From Hormiphora californensis (Eukaryota > Animalia > Ctenophora): a stretch of DNA of 64,000 nt. Position numbers and translations under genes: made by a program. Each line of letters begins with the position of its first letter. Positions within the stretch are counted from its first letter, which is position 1. Below are positions 25,806 to 53,912 of the stretch, piece after piece. Below the pieces are notes generated by a model. It was not told the DNA's origin. It did no database searches and saw only the letters and a list, made by a program, of their open reading frames with translations. Where the stretch lies: contig CM035351.1 in NCBI GenBank assembly GCA_020137815.1, forward strand, positions 7,316,001 through 7,380,000, written 5' to 3'.

Positions 25806-28095
25806 TCAATTCCTCCACACAAACTCCTTCTGACAGAATCCCCGTTTGGTGGATGGCTCCGCTGGGTACCCTCTAAACGTCATCCTACACCGATGTGCCT
25901 CAATCCTCGGCTCCATAAAATTAGGATCCTTGATCTCCGCCGCACTCCACAACCTCTCAGCAGGGGCACTGGCACGGGGCCAACTGCGGTGGAGCACGTT
26001 TGTGTTGTCCACGTACTCGCCCCACATACACACAGTGCCCCCGAGGACTAGTTGCTGTTGTTCCCAGGGGGTGGTGGTGGGGTCGAAGGGGCTCCTGGGG
26101 TCGCACTGGTAGAACTTCCTCCAGTCCTCGCCGTAGGAGATGCGGTTGAGGTACCAACATGCTGACAGGATACACCTGCAGTTGGAGGAGAGAGTTGTAA
26201 ACTTCTATCAACTTGAATCAAATTCTATAGAAGCTTCGCTCAGTGGTCAGCCATTGCACTGACAGAAATAGACTGAACTTTCCTCCTAGTTGATATATCA
26301 ACCGTGTCAATACACTCCATAACACCAGTGCGATGCCTGACCGCTGAGTGAAGCACACGAGAAAGGTATTTTCCCTTCTTCTAACCTGTGGCCCTCGGAG
26401 GTAGCGTTTAGGAAGACTTCTTTCCACTTGGGCAGCCAGGCATGGATGATGGTCTCTGGTTTAATGTCCAGTTTGTGTCGATACACCTCCTCCCAGACTA
26501 TGTAGTTTGTATTCAGGGTGGAGACTATGTTGAGGAGCTTAGTTTCGTAGTAACGCTCTAGGGACTCGTAGTCTCCTGGTGGAGTGGAGGTTATATCATA
26601 GAGCAATAAACTGGGATTCTCCTCCAAGAAGGAGGAACTCAATACAAAAAACTTAGCTCCTTTAGAACAAGAATGGACTCTGTCAGTGGACCTGTCTAGC
26701 GGCGCCGACCCGGTCTGAGCGCACTGTAGAATCAAAACCGGGTCTGGCGCAGTGGCGGCTCCATTCTAGGTGGCACGTAGTAGGTGCCCATGGTGTATTA
26801 CAGGTATTACCTGATATGTTGTGTGATGCCATCCACGCGGTAATGTTCTCATTGTTCTTCCAACAGCCATAGTGAACCTCGTCCCCTCCCAGGTGTATAA
26901 AGTCACTGGGGAACAGGGAGGTAACCTCCTTTATCAAGTTCCTCACCACTGGATACACTGCCTCGTTTGTGGGGTCTATCGGCCCATAATCAGATCCAAT
27001 ATTCCCGTGATGTGGGCAGTGGGTTAGGAAGCCAGGTAGGGCATGCCCCCAGGATAGAGTGTGTCCGGGTGTGTCTAGTTCAGGTATCACGATCACACCA
27101 TGTCTGTAGGCATGAAGTATCACCTCTAACACGTCCTCCTGTGAGTACACGTGGTCAGGGGAGTAGGCACCCTTTTGGCACAGCTCCGGGTATGTGGTAC
27201 TGCAGTAGGGGAAGGAGGGGTCATCCACCATATGCCAGTGTAGGATGTTCAGTTTAGTCCAGCTAGCTGCTGTTATCAGGTGTTTTAGAACGGGAATACT
27301 GAGGTAGTGTCTGGATGTATCTACCATGAAGCCACGGAACTTGTATCGAGGGTAGTCCTCTATCTCTACACATGGTATTGAGTAGTTGTAAGTGGATACC
27401 AACTGGGAAAATGTTTCTAGACCCCTCATCGCACCAAACACCGTATCTGCCTGTTAAACAATATATCGAAGCGATGTTCTAGTTATTACTGCGTTTTGGA
27501 ACGCACGGCTGGAGGAGGTGATGATCATTAGTCACCTTAACGTTTGCCAGCGCAGTGATACATCAACTATGTTATTACCCGTATAGAGGCAGAGTTGGCT
27601 TGAACAGAGAGTGTATAGTTTTCACTTGTCTCCAAGTCCAGCACCTCATTAGCGCTGGCAATGTTTATCTGCAGGCTCTTCAAGGTGACGTCATAGCCTT
27701 GGTGGTAATCGTGTAGTCTCAAGTATCTAGAGTACCTAGCTATCGCCTGTCAATTGGTATAATTCTTAATTCCATCATATAATGTTAGACCTTTCTACGG
27801 GATACAGTGTAATAGCCCGCCAAAGCAGAGTTGTCAGAGCATTGGGCTGACCCTATTCTCAGAACCGTGGTCAGAGCATTGGCCTGGCCGAAGCTGAGCT
27901 ACTAGTATTTACCTCTCGTAGGACGATGCTGTGGGAGGTAGACTTAAATGTGAACAATCTGGGGTCGATGAGAGCCTCACAATCCTCTCGGACCCCAATA
28001 GATTGGGGGTAGGGTACCAGAGGTAGCTGTGGGAGTTGCTGTAGTGTGGCACACAACCCAATAAGCACCAGGAAGGTTATACATTGAGAGTACAT
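25806..28095 (-). CDS. HEXB-like: Beta-hexosaminidase, GH20 (HEXA/HEXB-like), 5 exons
   Basis: Signal peptide, then ETSENYTLSV, FGAMRGLETFSQL, DYPRYKFRGFMVDTSRHYL, LHWHMVDDPSFP, IPELDTPGHT, catalytic HLGGDEV, IVWEEV and CMWGEYVDNTN...WPRASAPAERLWS. Confidence 0.96.
26692..26762 (-). repeat. ~65-80-bp GC-rich palindromic dispersed repeat, 3 copies
   Basis: Shared core gcgcc...gcgctcaga...ggcg(g)cgcc.agacag at 26692-26762 (reverse), 42195-42260 and 44825-44909. Confidence 0.6.
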
Positions 28096-28511
28096 TTGTG
28101 TACACTAGAGGGGAATACATTTGGAATACATTAGATGTAGAGGGGTATACATTTGTGGTACATTAGGTGGAGAGGGGGAGGGCAGCGTGGTTATTACTTA
28201 GATTATTAACCTGTCAAATAGTGGGACAATTAGTCAAAGTTGTTTTTAATTAGAAATCATTCTGAGCTGGGTACCATGTCCATCAAATCGGGACGGAGCT
28301 GTCGTCATTTACTGGTTACACCCAGAATAACTGTTACCTCCTATATAGCAGTTATTACTATCTTCTATGATATAAATGAAAGTTCATAATTGGTGAAAAT
28401 ATGCAATTGTTTAGAGACTGACACTTCTATATTTTAATCCGTCCAGAAGTATACCTCCTGCAGAGAGATTGGAGAAAGATGACAGCTAGAGATAGAGTTA
28501 TAGAGAGAGAC

Positions 28512-28607
<96 letters not shown>

Positions 28608-28732
28608 TGTAGACTAACTTCAGTTCATGCCTAAGTATATTTGCACATGACAGTCATTGCTCTCACAGCTTGCTTTTCGACACACCTAACTGTAATTTTC
28701 TGAGCAACACCTCGCTTTCTTTCCGTAGACCC

Positions 28733-35776
<7,044 letters not shown>

Positions 35777-35803
35777 GTCTTATTCCCTATAAGGTTCGTT
35801 TCA

Positions 35804-43218
<7,415 letters not shown>

Positions 43219-44600
43219 CCAACTAGATGCACGTACCTTCTATAGTTCTACATGTGTATACAACTACCCTCGTCCCCTGATTACGAGAGTTACGATAGAG
43301 TTGACTCATGGACTCAGCTGCAGTTTAGGAACTTTTTAGGAACAGTGATATTGGATATAGAGACTCTCTGAGACTGTTATTATTTGTTAGAGCTTATGAA
43401 GCTTAGTTTAGTGCTGTGTTAAACTGTTAACAACAATTTGGGTAGGATTAGTAATTAGTAACTAGGACCGTGTATCTATGATGTTATTATGTATGTTCAG
43501 TTTAGGCGAGAAGTTCTCGGAGTGTGCATGCACGTGTGAAAGTGAAATATTGTTTTAGGCCTTCCGTGCTTGAGATTGAAGTTGAAATACGACTGATATT
43601 ATTTATGCTGCCTTTTTGGAACAGGCCGTGCCCTGCTAAATATCAGTGAAAGTAAATGGGGTCCGGCTGTTCAGTAGGTTAAGTAGGGATCTGACTACTA
43701 CTACTAGACATGGTACCAGACATAATATTATGATTATTTGAGAGGGCAAGATTTGATTAACTATTATAGGTGTGATTGTGAGCTATCTTGTTCACTGATT
43801 GTGATAGCGCAAATAAATATTAGCTTGTTAACATATATAATATTAACTTGTTAACATAAGACAATGAATTGGTCCTGTGTACATACTATCAACATAGTCA
43901 TACTATAATAATCATAGAAATTGATAGGAAAAAGTTGTATATTTATCGAAACTGTCAATAAAGTTCTACATATTTAATGCCTTAAAATGTTTTTGTTTTC
44001 GATTTGATTATTACGAAGATTGGTTTTAAAAGCTCAGTCGAGTGACATTTTGGCCGCGTACAGGGAATTGCGTGACGTGCCCTGGCCTAGTTGACATTAT
44101 GTGTCAATAAATCTACAGAAATAAAAACCAATCTTCTACCGGGCAAAAGAAGGAATGAATAGCGGTAGCAGCTATGTTTGCCATTTAATTGCCAGTGGTA
44201 AACAACATCCTTGGTGCGTCACGTACAGGGGATAGCGCGACGTGCCCAAACTACACCCTGTTCTACGGTGCCTGCCCCGTTTCGACTCACTCAGATCGGG
44301 TCGGTGGATGGTATAGAGCCAGACAAAAATAACCCGGGTATTCTATTTTCAAAATTTCCCAAGGTCAATCTCTCAGCCCCTCCCCCATTCTTGACATGAA
44401 ACTCCATCGTTGAGTGCTAATTGCTAAAGTGCCAAGATATTAAGTAAATAGCTTCAATTCTTTCATTTCCAACTTCAAGGAAGTCTTGTCAGACAAATTG
44501 ATTGTGGGAAATTTTGTAAACCTTCAAAATTTGAATCAAATAAAAGGGTCCTGTCATGGTCAGGCATCTCGCTGATAGGAAAGGGGTGCCTATCCACCTA

Positions 44601-44787
44601 CCAGTACCACTACCGGTCATTTGCCAGTACAGTCGGATCGGGGTCGGATCCCGATTTACCGGGAGGATAAACTTCCCCTACTCCTATGTTAGTATATCGG
44701 GGGGTAACATATTAGGAGTAGGGGAAGTTTATCCTCCCGGTAAATCGGGATCCGACTGTACTGGCAAAGGACCAGTAGTGGTACTGG
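44601..44787. mobile_element. ~187-bp near-perfect foldback palindrome (MITE-like)
   Basis: ccagtaccactac...gggaggataaacttcccctactccta is mirrored by taggagtaggggaagtttatcctccc...gtagtggtactgg. Confidence 0.7.
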
Positions 44788-45936
44788 ATATACCGGGAAA
44801 CCCCTTTGCTTTCCCCCGAGCATCCTGTCTTGCAGCGCCACTGCCACTTGCCAGACCCCGATTTGATTCGGGGCGCTCAGATGGGGCCTGAGCTGCGGCG
44901 CCAGACAGTCAAGAATTGTCTTGACTTTTCGCAGTACAGTTGACTGGTTTTTAATAAATTTCAAGGTTTGAGTTTAAAGGAAACCACAAGTAATAATAAC
45001 TCACTTTGGTTTTGCATTCCCCTACTTTCATAGCTCCTTGACGATATAGAATTTGTCTGACATGACTGTCTCACTCTCACTGAGACATTGCAACTTGCTC
45101 TTGGGCCTTAGCCTTACATTTCTTGGAAAAACATTGTCAAGAAATGCAAGGGTAGGTTGAATTGCTTGGGGTTTCCTTTGTTTACTCTGACAATTGATAT
45201 TGCAGTCCTTTAAAAGTGAATTATCAAACGAAATAATGAATAACAATATCATCATCACTTCACATTGCTTAGGAATATATCCAACCTCTCTGCTTTTCCT
45301 GGCAAATATAAGTAGCTCATGAATATCGGACTCATGTTTCTCTTTCAAACATAAATTTCATCATCATTTGGATACTGCCAGCACGATTCTCGCCAGTTGG
45401 TAACTATTCTGAGCTAAACTACTCTGAGAGACTTGTCATTAACTTTACCAATGTCTGACTGTCTGTCAAACTGAACTCAGACTCTGAGATCTACAGACAT
45501 TGAATAAGTTATTGTCTCAGAATATTCTAAATCAGAATGGTTTAACTAGTATCTGTAAGATTAAGATGAATTTTATTACTACGATGACAGGCTAGAGCTA
45601 GATCATGTCATGTGGTTAAAAAGCACTTCTTCAAGGTCACATAATCGAGACTATCTTGAGTTGCGTGACAGCCTAACAGCCCTTACGATATTTAATATTA
45701 AATGGAATACATCTAGCTGGCGCCCCGGCCCCCGAGCTTCCCGGCTCCCGCACTCACGAGAAATACCGCTAGACAGTCTAGTCAAATAATATACCCAGTC
45801 AGATTACTACAATTTGATATCATTCTCAGACCTCAAAGTCAGTGACAGATATTTAATTGAAGTTTAGTTATCTCGTTATCTCAAAATATCTTTTAACATA
45901 TCTGAATCAATAGTTCGAGTTTGTAATATTGATAGT

Positions 45937-47544
45937 TCATTTGCAGACAAGATTATTGAGAAGCTGAGAGAATATCAGGGAAGTGGAGGTCGTCAATTGG
46001 TGGGATAGTGATGCGGTGCTGGGCGATGAGAGGAGACTGGAGAGTTGGTTTACCAGGGGCTGTTTGCGTGGTCCAAACACATTCAATAGTGTTTCTATCG
46101 CTTGTAGCAGGTCTGAAAGTAACTTATGTTAGAAATTCTTTGTCTCTCAAAAGTGATACAACCTGTCAGAGCATTGGCCTGACCGGGACCCTATTCTCAT
46201 TTCGCGAAAACTGCGGTCAAAGCATCGGCCTGACAGGAAAATACTGTCCTCTCCGGGGCGGACAGCATGCGCGACATTACAGTCATGTAGTATGACAACT
46301 GACAAGTATTATAGTCTGATTTTAAATAACTGTCGTTTTTTAGAGTTTTCAAATTTCTTTAAATGACCATAAGTCCGGTTCCTGATGAGATACAGTGCTG
46401 CTTGCAGTCAAAATACGGTAACGCAAAATACAGTAAGGAGACGCGCACGGTGCATAACGCGCGGCAAAAAGTTCATGTGTCAGCACGTACTAGCGCCCTG
46501 ATTGGTCACGGTTGCGCGTCGTCTTACTGTATCTTCGTTTTCCATTACCGTTTTCCCACTACAAGCGACCGTGATAGAGACTTGAAATTTGGAGGTTACG
46601 AAGATCTTGCTAAGTTCTTCCGAACCTCCAAATTTCAAGTCTTTATCTTATCAGGAATCGGAGATAAGATATGACAAATTTTGTTATTTCAGGGGTGCGA
46701 CAGTTGCAAAAAATCCGACTTTAATTCTAAGAACACGTTTAACTTGACATGTAATAATGAGACAGTTCTAGGAAAACATGATAAAAAAAGAAAAGAATCA
46801 TATTTTGTTGAAATTTCGCAAGGCCTCATCGCATTGGCCATCGCCATATTATATCAAGATGGTTATACTATTTGCATTTTGCATTGTTGAAGAATGCAAA
46901 TGAATTTCTTCTGTCTGGGAATGTTGAGTTAAGTAGCGAGAATTCTGGTGCTTAATTGTACCTGAGTTAGAGGCCAATAGTACGTGTTGTAAAACAGAGG
47001 GAGAGTGTTCTGGGAACAGCTCCTGTAACTTTAGATACGCCACCACAAACTCTTTCTCCTTTTTAACGGATGACAAACCACTTGCTGCAGTCACTGGTTT
47101 AGCACCTGCTGAATGAGTGAGGATTGATTACAGATCTAGCAATAAATTAAGGTCTCGCAAAGGACTCGAATCAATAAAATCAAATAATAGTTTGTGTTGT
47201 TCAAATACAGTGAGACAGAGTTTGTTTTTCGGGGAAGGAGGGTCGAACAAGGCAAGACAGAGTCAAACAAGGCGAACCACTAAATTACCTGGTTCAGGAT
47301 GAGGAGGGCCGGGACTGGTAAAAGAGATGGGAGTTGACACTGCCTCTTCCTGTTTCCGTAGAGCCACCTGGGCTGCCATAACCTGCCTCCTCTGAGAGAT
47401 AAGGGAGCACTTGCTACACTGGCAAGTCAGCCACTTACACCACCGCTTGTGTCCCTTGAGAGGGACAAACTGACCGTGGTTGCGACACCGTGCACAAGAG
47501 GGAGCCTTCCCTGCACCGCTCACTTGTTGTTGTTGTCCTGCCAT
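45937..47544 (-). CDS. DMRT: Doublesex/mab-3 related transcription factor with DM and DMA domains (DMRTA-like), 3 exons
   Basis: Exon 47544-47289: DM domain [52 protein letters not shown]. Exon about 47108-46962: [22 protein letters not shown]. Exon 46112-45937: [10 protein letters not shown] (completing the DMA motif) to LVCK*. Confidence 0.93.
46392..46573 (-). mobile_element. ~180-bp MITE-like repeat, copy 2, in a DMRT intron
   Basis: Near-identical reverse complement of 62892-63076. Confidence 0.8.
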
Positions 47545-47777
47545 TACTTGCCTGTGGGGGTAAAGCAAAGTGAGACATGTGGACGGGAGTTCAACACGGA
47601 GAATCAAGCTGAAATGGAGGCGGCGATTTGAAATTAATCCATGGAATTAGTGGAATTTACAATTCCACTGGAAGGAAACTGCAGTAATATAAGAAGAAAT
47701 AAAAACTACGGAAAAAAAGAAAATGTGTTTCAAGCTGCGACTCGTGATTAAACATGAGTTGTCGAATAGTACTAGAA

Positions 47778-47861
<84 letters not shown>

Positions 47862-49296
47862 GATCGATGAAATGAGAGAAGAGCGTCAGAGAGATCTCAG
47901 CTCTACGAAGTCGAGATGAGCTCGCTCTTCCAGACCTCATCGCTGAGTATCTTCTCTCTCTATGCTCCGATCACTCTTGTCATCTCTCTCTTATCTCTCT
48001 CTGTTCTCTCATTCACTGGGGAGCCAATACTCTCTGCCTTATCTTTTTCTTTTTTCCCTCTACTTCTGCATATATAGCCGATCTATCGGACTGCTTCTAG
48101 GTACACTCACTTAGTATTACTCGTATGAGTAGGATTTGGACATTGGCTGGGATACTACGGTCACATATACTTATGGACAAGATGAGCTGATATTACGGTG
48201 TGCTAATTGGTTCATACCTATCTAGCCTGAATCTGTATACTAAGGCCAAATAGATGCATATTCGTAACATGCTGATCTAGTAAAGCCAAATACATCTGAT
48301 ACCCCTTACTCTAAAACTGAACGAAGCTGTATTCCACAGCAAACAGTGTGACGAGATATGGAACTCATGATCTGTGATTGGATCTCTTATAACCCTCTCT
48401 AATCACGTGTTTTGTGACAAGATACACCGTCTATAGTTACCCACCCTTCACACTCTTACCGTCTATAGTTACACGTTCCCCTTTAACACACCCTGCTCGC
48501 CCTGTGTTCGTCATTCGCCCCTAATTGATCACAGCTACTGTGAATCACAACTAATTGAAACCTAAGGCAGGGTAGAAACCGCCATGTGAGACTAAGGGAG
48601 GGGAGAGTGAGAAAGGGAGAGACACATTATAGGGAGAGAGATCAGAGAGAGAGAGAAAGAAAGAGAGAGAGAGAGAGAGAAAGGAAGAGAGGGCGTTATT
48701 TATTGGTAAATTATCTTCACGTCTACACCACCCTGCAAGCAGTGATAAAGGTGTCAAGAGGCCCCTCAAAACCGTCTCGATTGCACGCTGACACAATATG
48801 CAGCAATTTGGTAGCGGTTCAGACACATAGCTCAAAGAGAGTCAGACGGTTGGGGCGGGATCATGGGGTAGGGTAACACGGTAAAAAAACAGAATCTCTG
48901 ATTTCTGCAAACTACAGATTCACTAAGACATGATCCAAGCTGGTCTAATATATAAGTGCAGATTGTTTTTATAAATCAACAATGCATCATACCAGCACGC
49001 TAAGTGATCGCTTATTAAGTGTTTAGGGGGACTGAAGGGAGGGGGTAAAGCTTGCATGGTGGGAACCCACTTAGCGTGCAGGTCGTGTGGTATATTGGCC
49101 ATCCAATCTTGGTTAGTGTCTAATTAGTTAAACGCTCTCACCTTCGTCCAGATATCATCCACATCATATTGGTGATATCTTTATTATTCGTCTATTATTA
49201 TAAATCACAGCAGATCTGAAACCTGGCGGGGAGGGGGGAGGGGGGTTGTTAGAAAGTTTATTTCAACATCTCTAAGAGCTCGTTTTTTTGCGTCAC

Positions 49297-49635
49297 AAAA
49301 ATAACAGGTTAACTGCTTAGTGCTTATATCTTGGCATGTCAAACCAGATATATTTCTCGGGAGCTTCTAGGAACTCTTATCTCCATGAGTCTTAGAATTT
49401 CATCTACCAGGAATAAGAATTTAACTTCCAGTACCAGGAATTAATTCATCTCCCATGATAATGAACAAAAAATAACAGGTTAACTGCTTAGTGCTTATAT
49501 CTTGGCATGTCAAACCAGATATATTTCTCGGGAGCTTCTAGGAACTCTTATCTCTATGGCATGAGTTTTATAATTTCATCTACCAGGAATTTAACTTCCA
49601 GTACCAGGAATTAATTCATCTCCCATGATAATGAA
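49297..49635. repeat. ~170-bp imperfect tandem duplication
   Basis: aaaaataacaggttaactgcttagtgc...catctcccatgataatgaa occurs twice. Confidence 0.85.
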
Positions 49636-50219
49636 GGGGGGGGGGGCAAGGCCAAAAAAGCCAGATCAATCCCGGATTTTAGGGCGGGTTTGGCTTTTTT
49701 TGGCTTTTTTGGCCCTACTTTTTTGGTCATTTTGGCATGTAATTCTGACATTATATGGTCTGTATGACATTAAAAACACTTAAAAATGGCTTATTTGATC
49801 TTGTTTTATCATTTTATATACCCTGCTAACTTAAATAATGCGCCAGTGGCGAGAAGTCCCACTGGCGCGCTCTCAATAAACAGCTAGTCCAGCGGCAGAT
49901 TATTTCCCACTGTAAAAAGCCAGATCAAAAAAAGCCAGATCAAAAAAAGCCAAAAAAAGCCAGATCAAAAAAAGCCAAAAAAAGCCAGATCAAAAAAAGC
50001 CAGATCAAAAAAAGCCAGATCAAAAAAAGCCAAAAAAAGCCAGATCAAAACTGCCAAATCAAAAAAAGCCAGATCAAAAAAGGCCAAAAAAGGCCAAAAA
50101 AAGCCAGATCCAAAAAAAGCCAGATCAAAAAAGCCAAAAAAGCCAGATCAAAAAAAGCCAGATCAGACCCGGATTTCAGGGCGGGTTTGGCTTTTTTTGG
50201 CCTTGCCCCCCCCCCCCCC
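49636..50219. mobile_element. MITE-like element with poly-G/poly-C termini and an internal AAAAAAGCC(AGATC) array
   Basis: (g)n-caaggccaaaaaagcca is mirrored by tggctttttttggccttg-(c)n; the internal array spans 49914-50165. Confidence 0.7.
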
Positions 50220-50318
50220 ATGAATTCATATTATACATATCATGGTTGAGCACCAAGGTCCAAGACTGTGTAGTGCACTGGATTCGGCCCAGTTCGGGGA
50301 GGTCAGTATTTTGTGAGA

Positions 50319-50353
<35 letters not shown>

Positions 50354-50377
50354 ACGTGTAAACACGGTGAGTGCAGT

Positions 50378-51143
50378 ATGTTGCTGATACTTTTCCTGAT
50401 CTTTGCAGTTCTACCTACCTCCCTGGGCAGTGGGCAGTATGAGTGTACTCGCTGTGGGCTACAGTGCTACAACTGCCTCAAACGGGACCTCACACTAACA
50501 CCCGAAGGTATACTGTACCGTTGGAAAGATATCGTTGGAATTTGGAAAGATATGGGAAATATCTTTCCACTCAATTCGATGAAGTTCGTCAGTTCAACGA
50601 ACATTTGAAAAATATGTTGAATGTGTGCTACTGCTCCGTAATTTAAATTTCCACCGAACTAAAAAGACTCGCAGATTACAGGGAGGGAGAGGTTAGCACG
50701 TGTAATGGAAACGAAACGAACATAGAGACGTGTAGCTGGGGTCATCACTGTTCCTGGAAGCAGCTGACAATCACCACAACCATACCAGAGCTAGGTAGGA
50801 GTAACCTACATTATTTGAATATCCCCCTCATCTCACTTTATTTTTTTCTTCTTTTTTCTCGTGTCGCATGTTTCTAAACACGTCATAATTTCCAACAGGT
50901 GTGGCCTTCTCAGAGGAACAGCTAAGTGTGGCATGTGTAAACGACACTATCGACTACTGTAGCCAGCACGAAACCTACAACAAAACCCAGGGAGGCTACG
51001 TCAGAGAGATATCGTATAGTGACTGTTATCAGTGGTATTGTTTTGAAGACTATTGTAATGTTGTGAGTGCAGGTGGCACTGGTTTTGGGTCTGTAGTGTG
51101 GGTGGTAATAGTAGGGTGTCTCACCAGCATGTATTTGTGGTAA
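50378..51143 (+). CDS. Ly6/uPAR three-finger-like protein, probably GPI-anchored, 3 exons
   Basis: Signal peptide MLLILFLIFAVLPTSLG and LQCYNC. Exon 50675-50794 TCNG...ETCSWGHHC. Exon 50899-51143 ...DCYQWYCFEDYCN, then small residues (SAGG) and a hydrophobic tail. Confidence 0.78.
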
Positions 51144-51836
51144 CTTGGTTGTATTTGTAAATTTATAACACGTGATTTGAAATCATCTTTTTGATTAATT
51201 GACATATACTATACCTATATACCTTTTAGTTCGGGTGCGAGGATCACGTTATCATGTAGCACGAGTCAGACCATCTCTGAGATGCAATCAGACCGTTTTG
51301 GACTTTTGGATCAGGACCTGCAGATAGTGAAATAGTGCCAATAGGTGTTTTCAGGAAATGAACAGTTTCTGAGTTTCCATTTGGGCACGTCTGTGTTCGC
51401 CCCCCCCCACCCATTGGTTACGAAGTCACCCCTTTTATGGCATATAACAGAGGGGTAATTTCATTACCAACCCCACCCATCAGTTGTTCAACAACTTGTT
51501 GAGTTACTCAACAACCCATCAGAGGAGGAAGCTTCACAGCTAAAGTTTACATGATACTCCCAGCTCCATATGCATGGCCTATCAAGAGTGCACATTATGT
51601 GCATTATTCCAAATACATCTCCAACATCCATGACGCCATAGCTTCCTCGACAGAGAGTGAGGGAGGGTGATAGAGAGAAAGGGAGAGTGAAGAGGAGGGA
51701 GAGACAGTGATAGATTGAAGGAGAGAGGACAAAAAGATTCGAAAGTGTGGATCTGCAGCACGCATCCATCATCCTCATGTCTATGTGATATGGGACCTGC
51801 GTGTCACAAAATGTACGTTCAACCTCTGAACAATAG

Positions 51837-51908
<72 letters not shown>

Positions 51909-52052
51909 CCTTTCTCTCTCTCTCTCTTTCTTTCGTCCTTTCTCTCTCTCTCTCTCTTACTGTGTTACGAGTTCCTGCATTACAACATGCAAGATTCTAC
52001 ACAACTTAGAAGAGAGATCGGCTGATTTAGCTAACGAGAGAGAATTTGATGT

Positions 52053-52155
<103 letters not shown>

Positions 52156-53553
52156 TCAGAGAGAGAGAGAGAGAGAGCTGAATACTACAAGATAGAGAGT
52201 AAAGGGGAGTGGAGACAAGCTAAAGTTTGAATGATCGTTTGTTCTTCGCCCACCGCAAGTTCTCGTGCGTCTACTTTTTGAGTTTTTGACAGCTCATTCA
52301 CTGGATGATCACGTTCCTATTCGTGATCCATGTTCTATTCATTGTTGCGCCATAACGTTCCTAAAGTTTATTCCCTCCCCCTATATCTCTCTCACTCCCA
52401 CTATCTTTCTCTCACTCTTAATCTGAAACAGTTTTTAACTGCGATGTACTGAATGACGTTATTCGCGTGTCCCGGCTACGTGATTCTAAATAGTCCCACC
52501 CCCTAATATAAGTACCGTTTAGAGCTGCAGTGCTTGTTTCTGTGACGTCACGATCACGTGGTTCCAAGTTAGTACCTTGTTGAAAACATGGCATCATATT
52601 ACACTTCATCATTATACCAATTACATGTTCAGGGCCAAAATGCCAAACCATGAATTCTTTAGCTTTGGCACATGTGATTTTGCTATCCTCTACTGATTAA
52701 AATCCAACTCTCTAGTAATCGTACTATGCTACGCTCTCTCCCATATCTATAGGAGCTCCATCCCAGGACACCTCACGTATTATACATGGCACTTTAAAGT
52801 GTCCGGCCCTGGTCCCCTGAGACACACTAATAATGGCGCATAGATTGCTGGAATTGCTTTAATATCAAGCAGTGCTACAAGCAACACAATCATACACGAT
52901 TGCTTTTATTCTATGTCTTGCAGTTTATAGATCTGTTGATTTTTGCTTGCATCGCCTGCTATTGACAATTTTCTCTCTCCCGTTTTTTTCTCACACACTT
53001 CCAACACATATTAAAACTTCAGGTCATGTTGCATGGTATATTTTTATTTGTTCTCCATCTCTTATAGTGCGAATTGAAAAGGGATGGTTAGTTTGCAAAA
53101 ACATCGCCCGATACCGCGATAGATACTATAGTTAGGCCTAAATTAGGGCTAAAATATGGGGGTGAATTTGTGAAATGTTACCACTTCTGAAACTCCAAGA
53201 TATGAGACTTCATTCTACACCTTTTCAGATTTGATTTTACTTTCTCCGAAACCTAACACCTATTACTCATCTTGTGTACTTCTGTCCATTGCTACACGCT
53301 AGTACCAAAGCACAGTATTGTGCACTTGTTTTTCTGTTAGTAATCTGGTGATGGGTCGCTCCTTTATCCTGCATCAGATGTAATCGCAATCCACGAGCCC
53401 GAACACGTCTGTGTACCTTGACTCGTTCACTCCCAGGCCAAGGAAACCCTACTACTAGTAGAACTGAGAACAACTTCAACCTCACGGTGCCAGACCACAT
53501 TTGAATTCGTGCACAATAGCGTGGGCTCAGTTCGCGATATATGATGCATACAT

Positions 53554-53912
53554 TACGGGGCCCCGAAAGGAGAGCCAGAAAGAAAATCCCGAACCCGATG
53601 TACGAAAGATCTATTCACGCACTATAGATTGTGTACTTTTGAACACAAAAAATGTACGCGGTATTCACATAATTGATCATATCTCCAGTTCCTGATAAGC
53701 TACAGAAGTCGTTTTGGTAACATTGGAAAGAAAATTTTAAGGCCGGATGGCACCGGTTTGAAGTCAGGAACAGGAGTTATGAGCCAAAAAGTGAACACTT
53801 TTTTGTGTGTACATTTTTCTGTGCGCAAAAGTACACAATCTGTAATGCACAAATGAATCATTCGGGCATCAGGTTCGAGATTCTCTTTCGGGATTCTCTT
53901 TCAGCCGCCGTA
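53554..53912. mobile_element. Old degenerate foldback element (~360 bp)
   Basis: Roughly 100-bp imperfect inverted arms, e.g. agattgtgtactttt versus aaaagtacacaatct, and cgaacccgatg versus catcaggttcg. Confidence 0.5.

Noticed and set aside
44380-45470. Minus-strand coding-like segments including a 106-aa ORF
   Set aside because: Interrupted by stops with no recognisable domain; it may be a decayed element but I cannot support a call.
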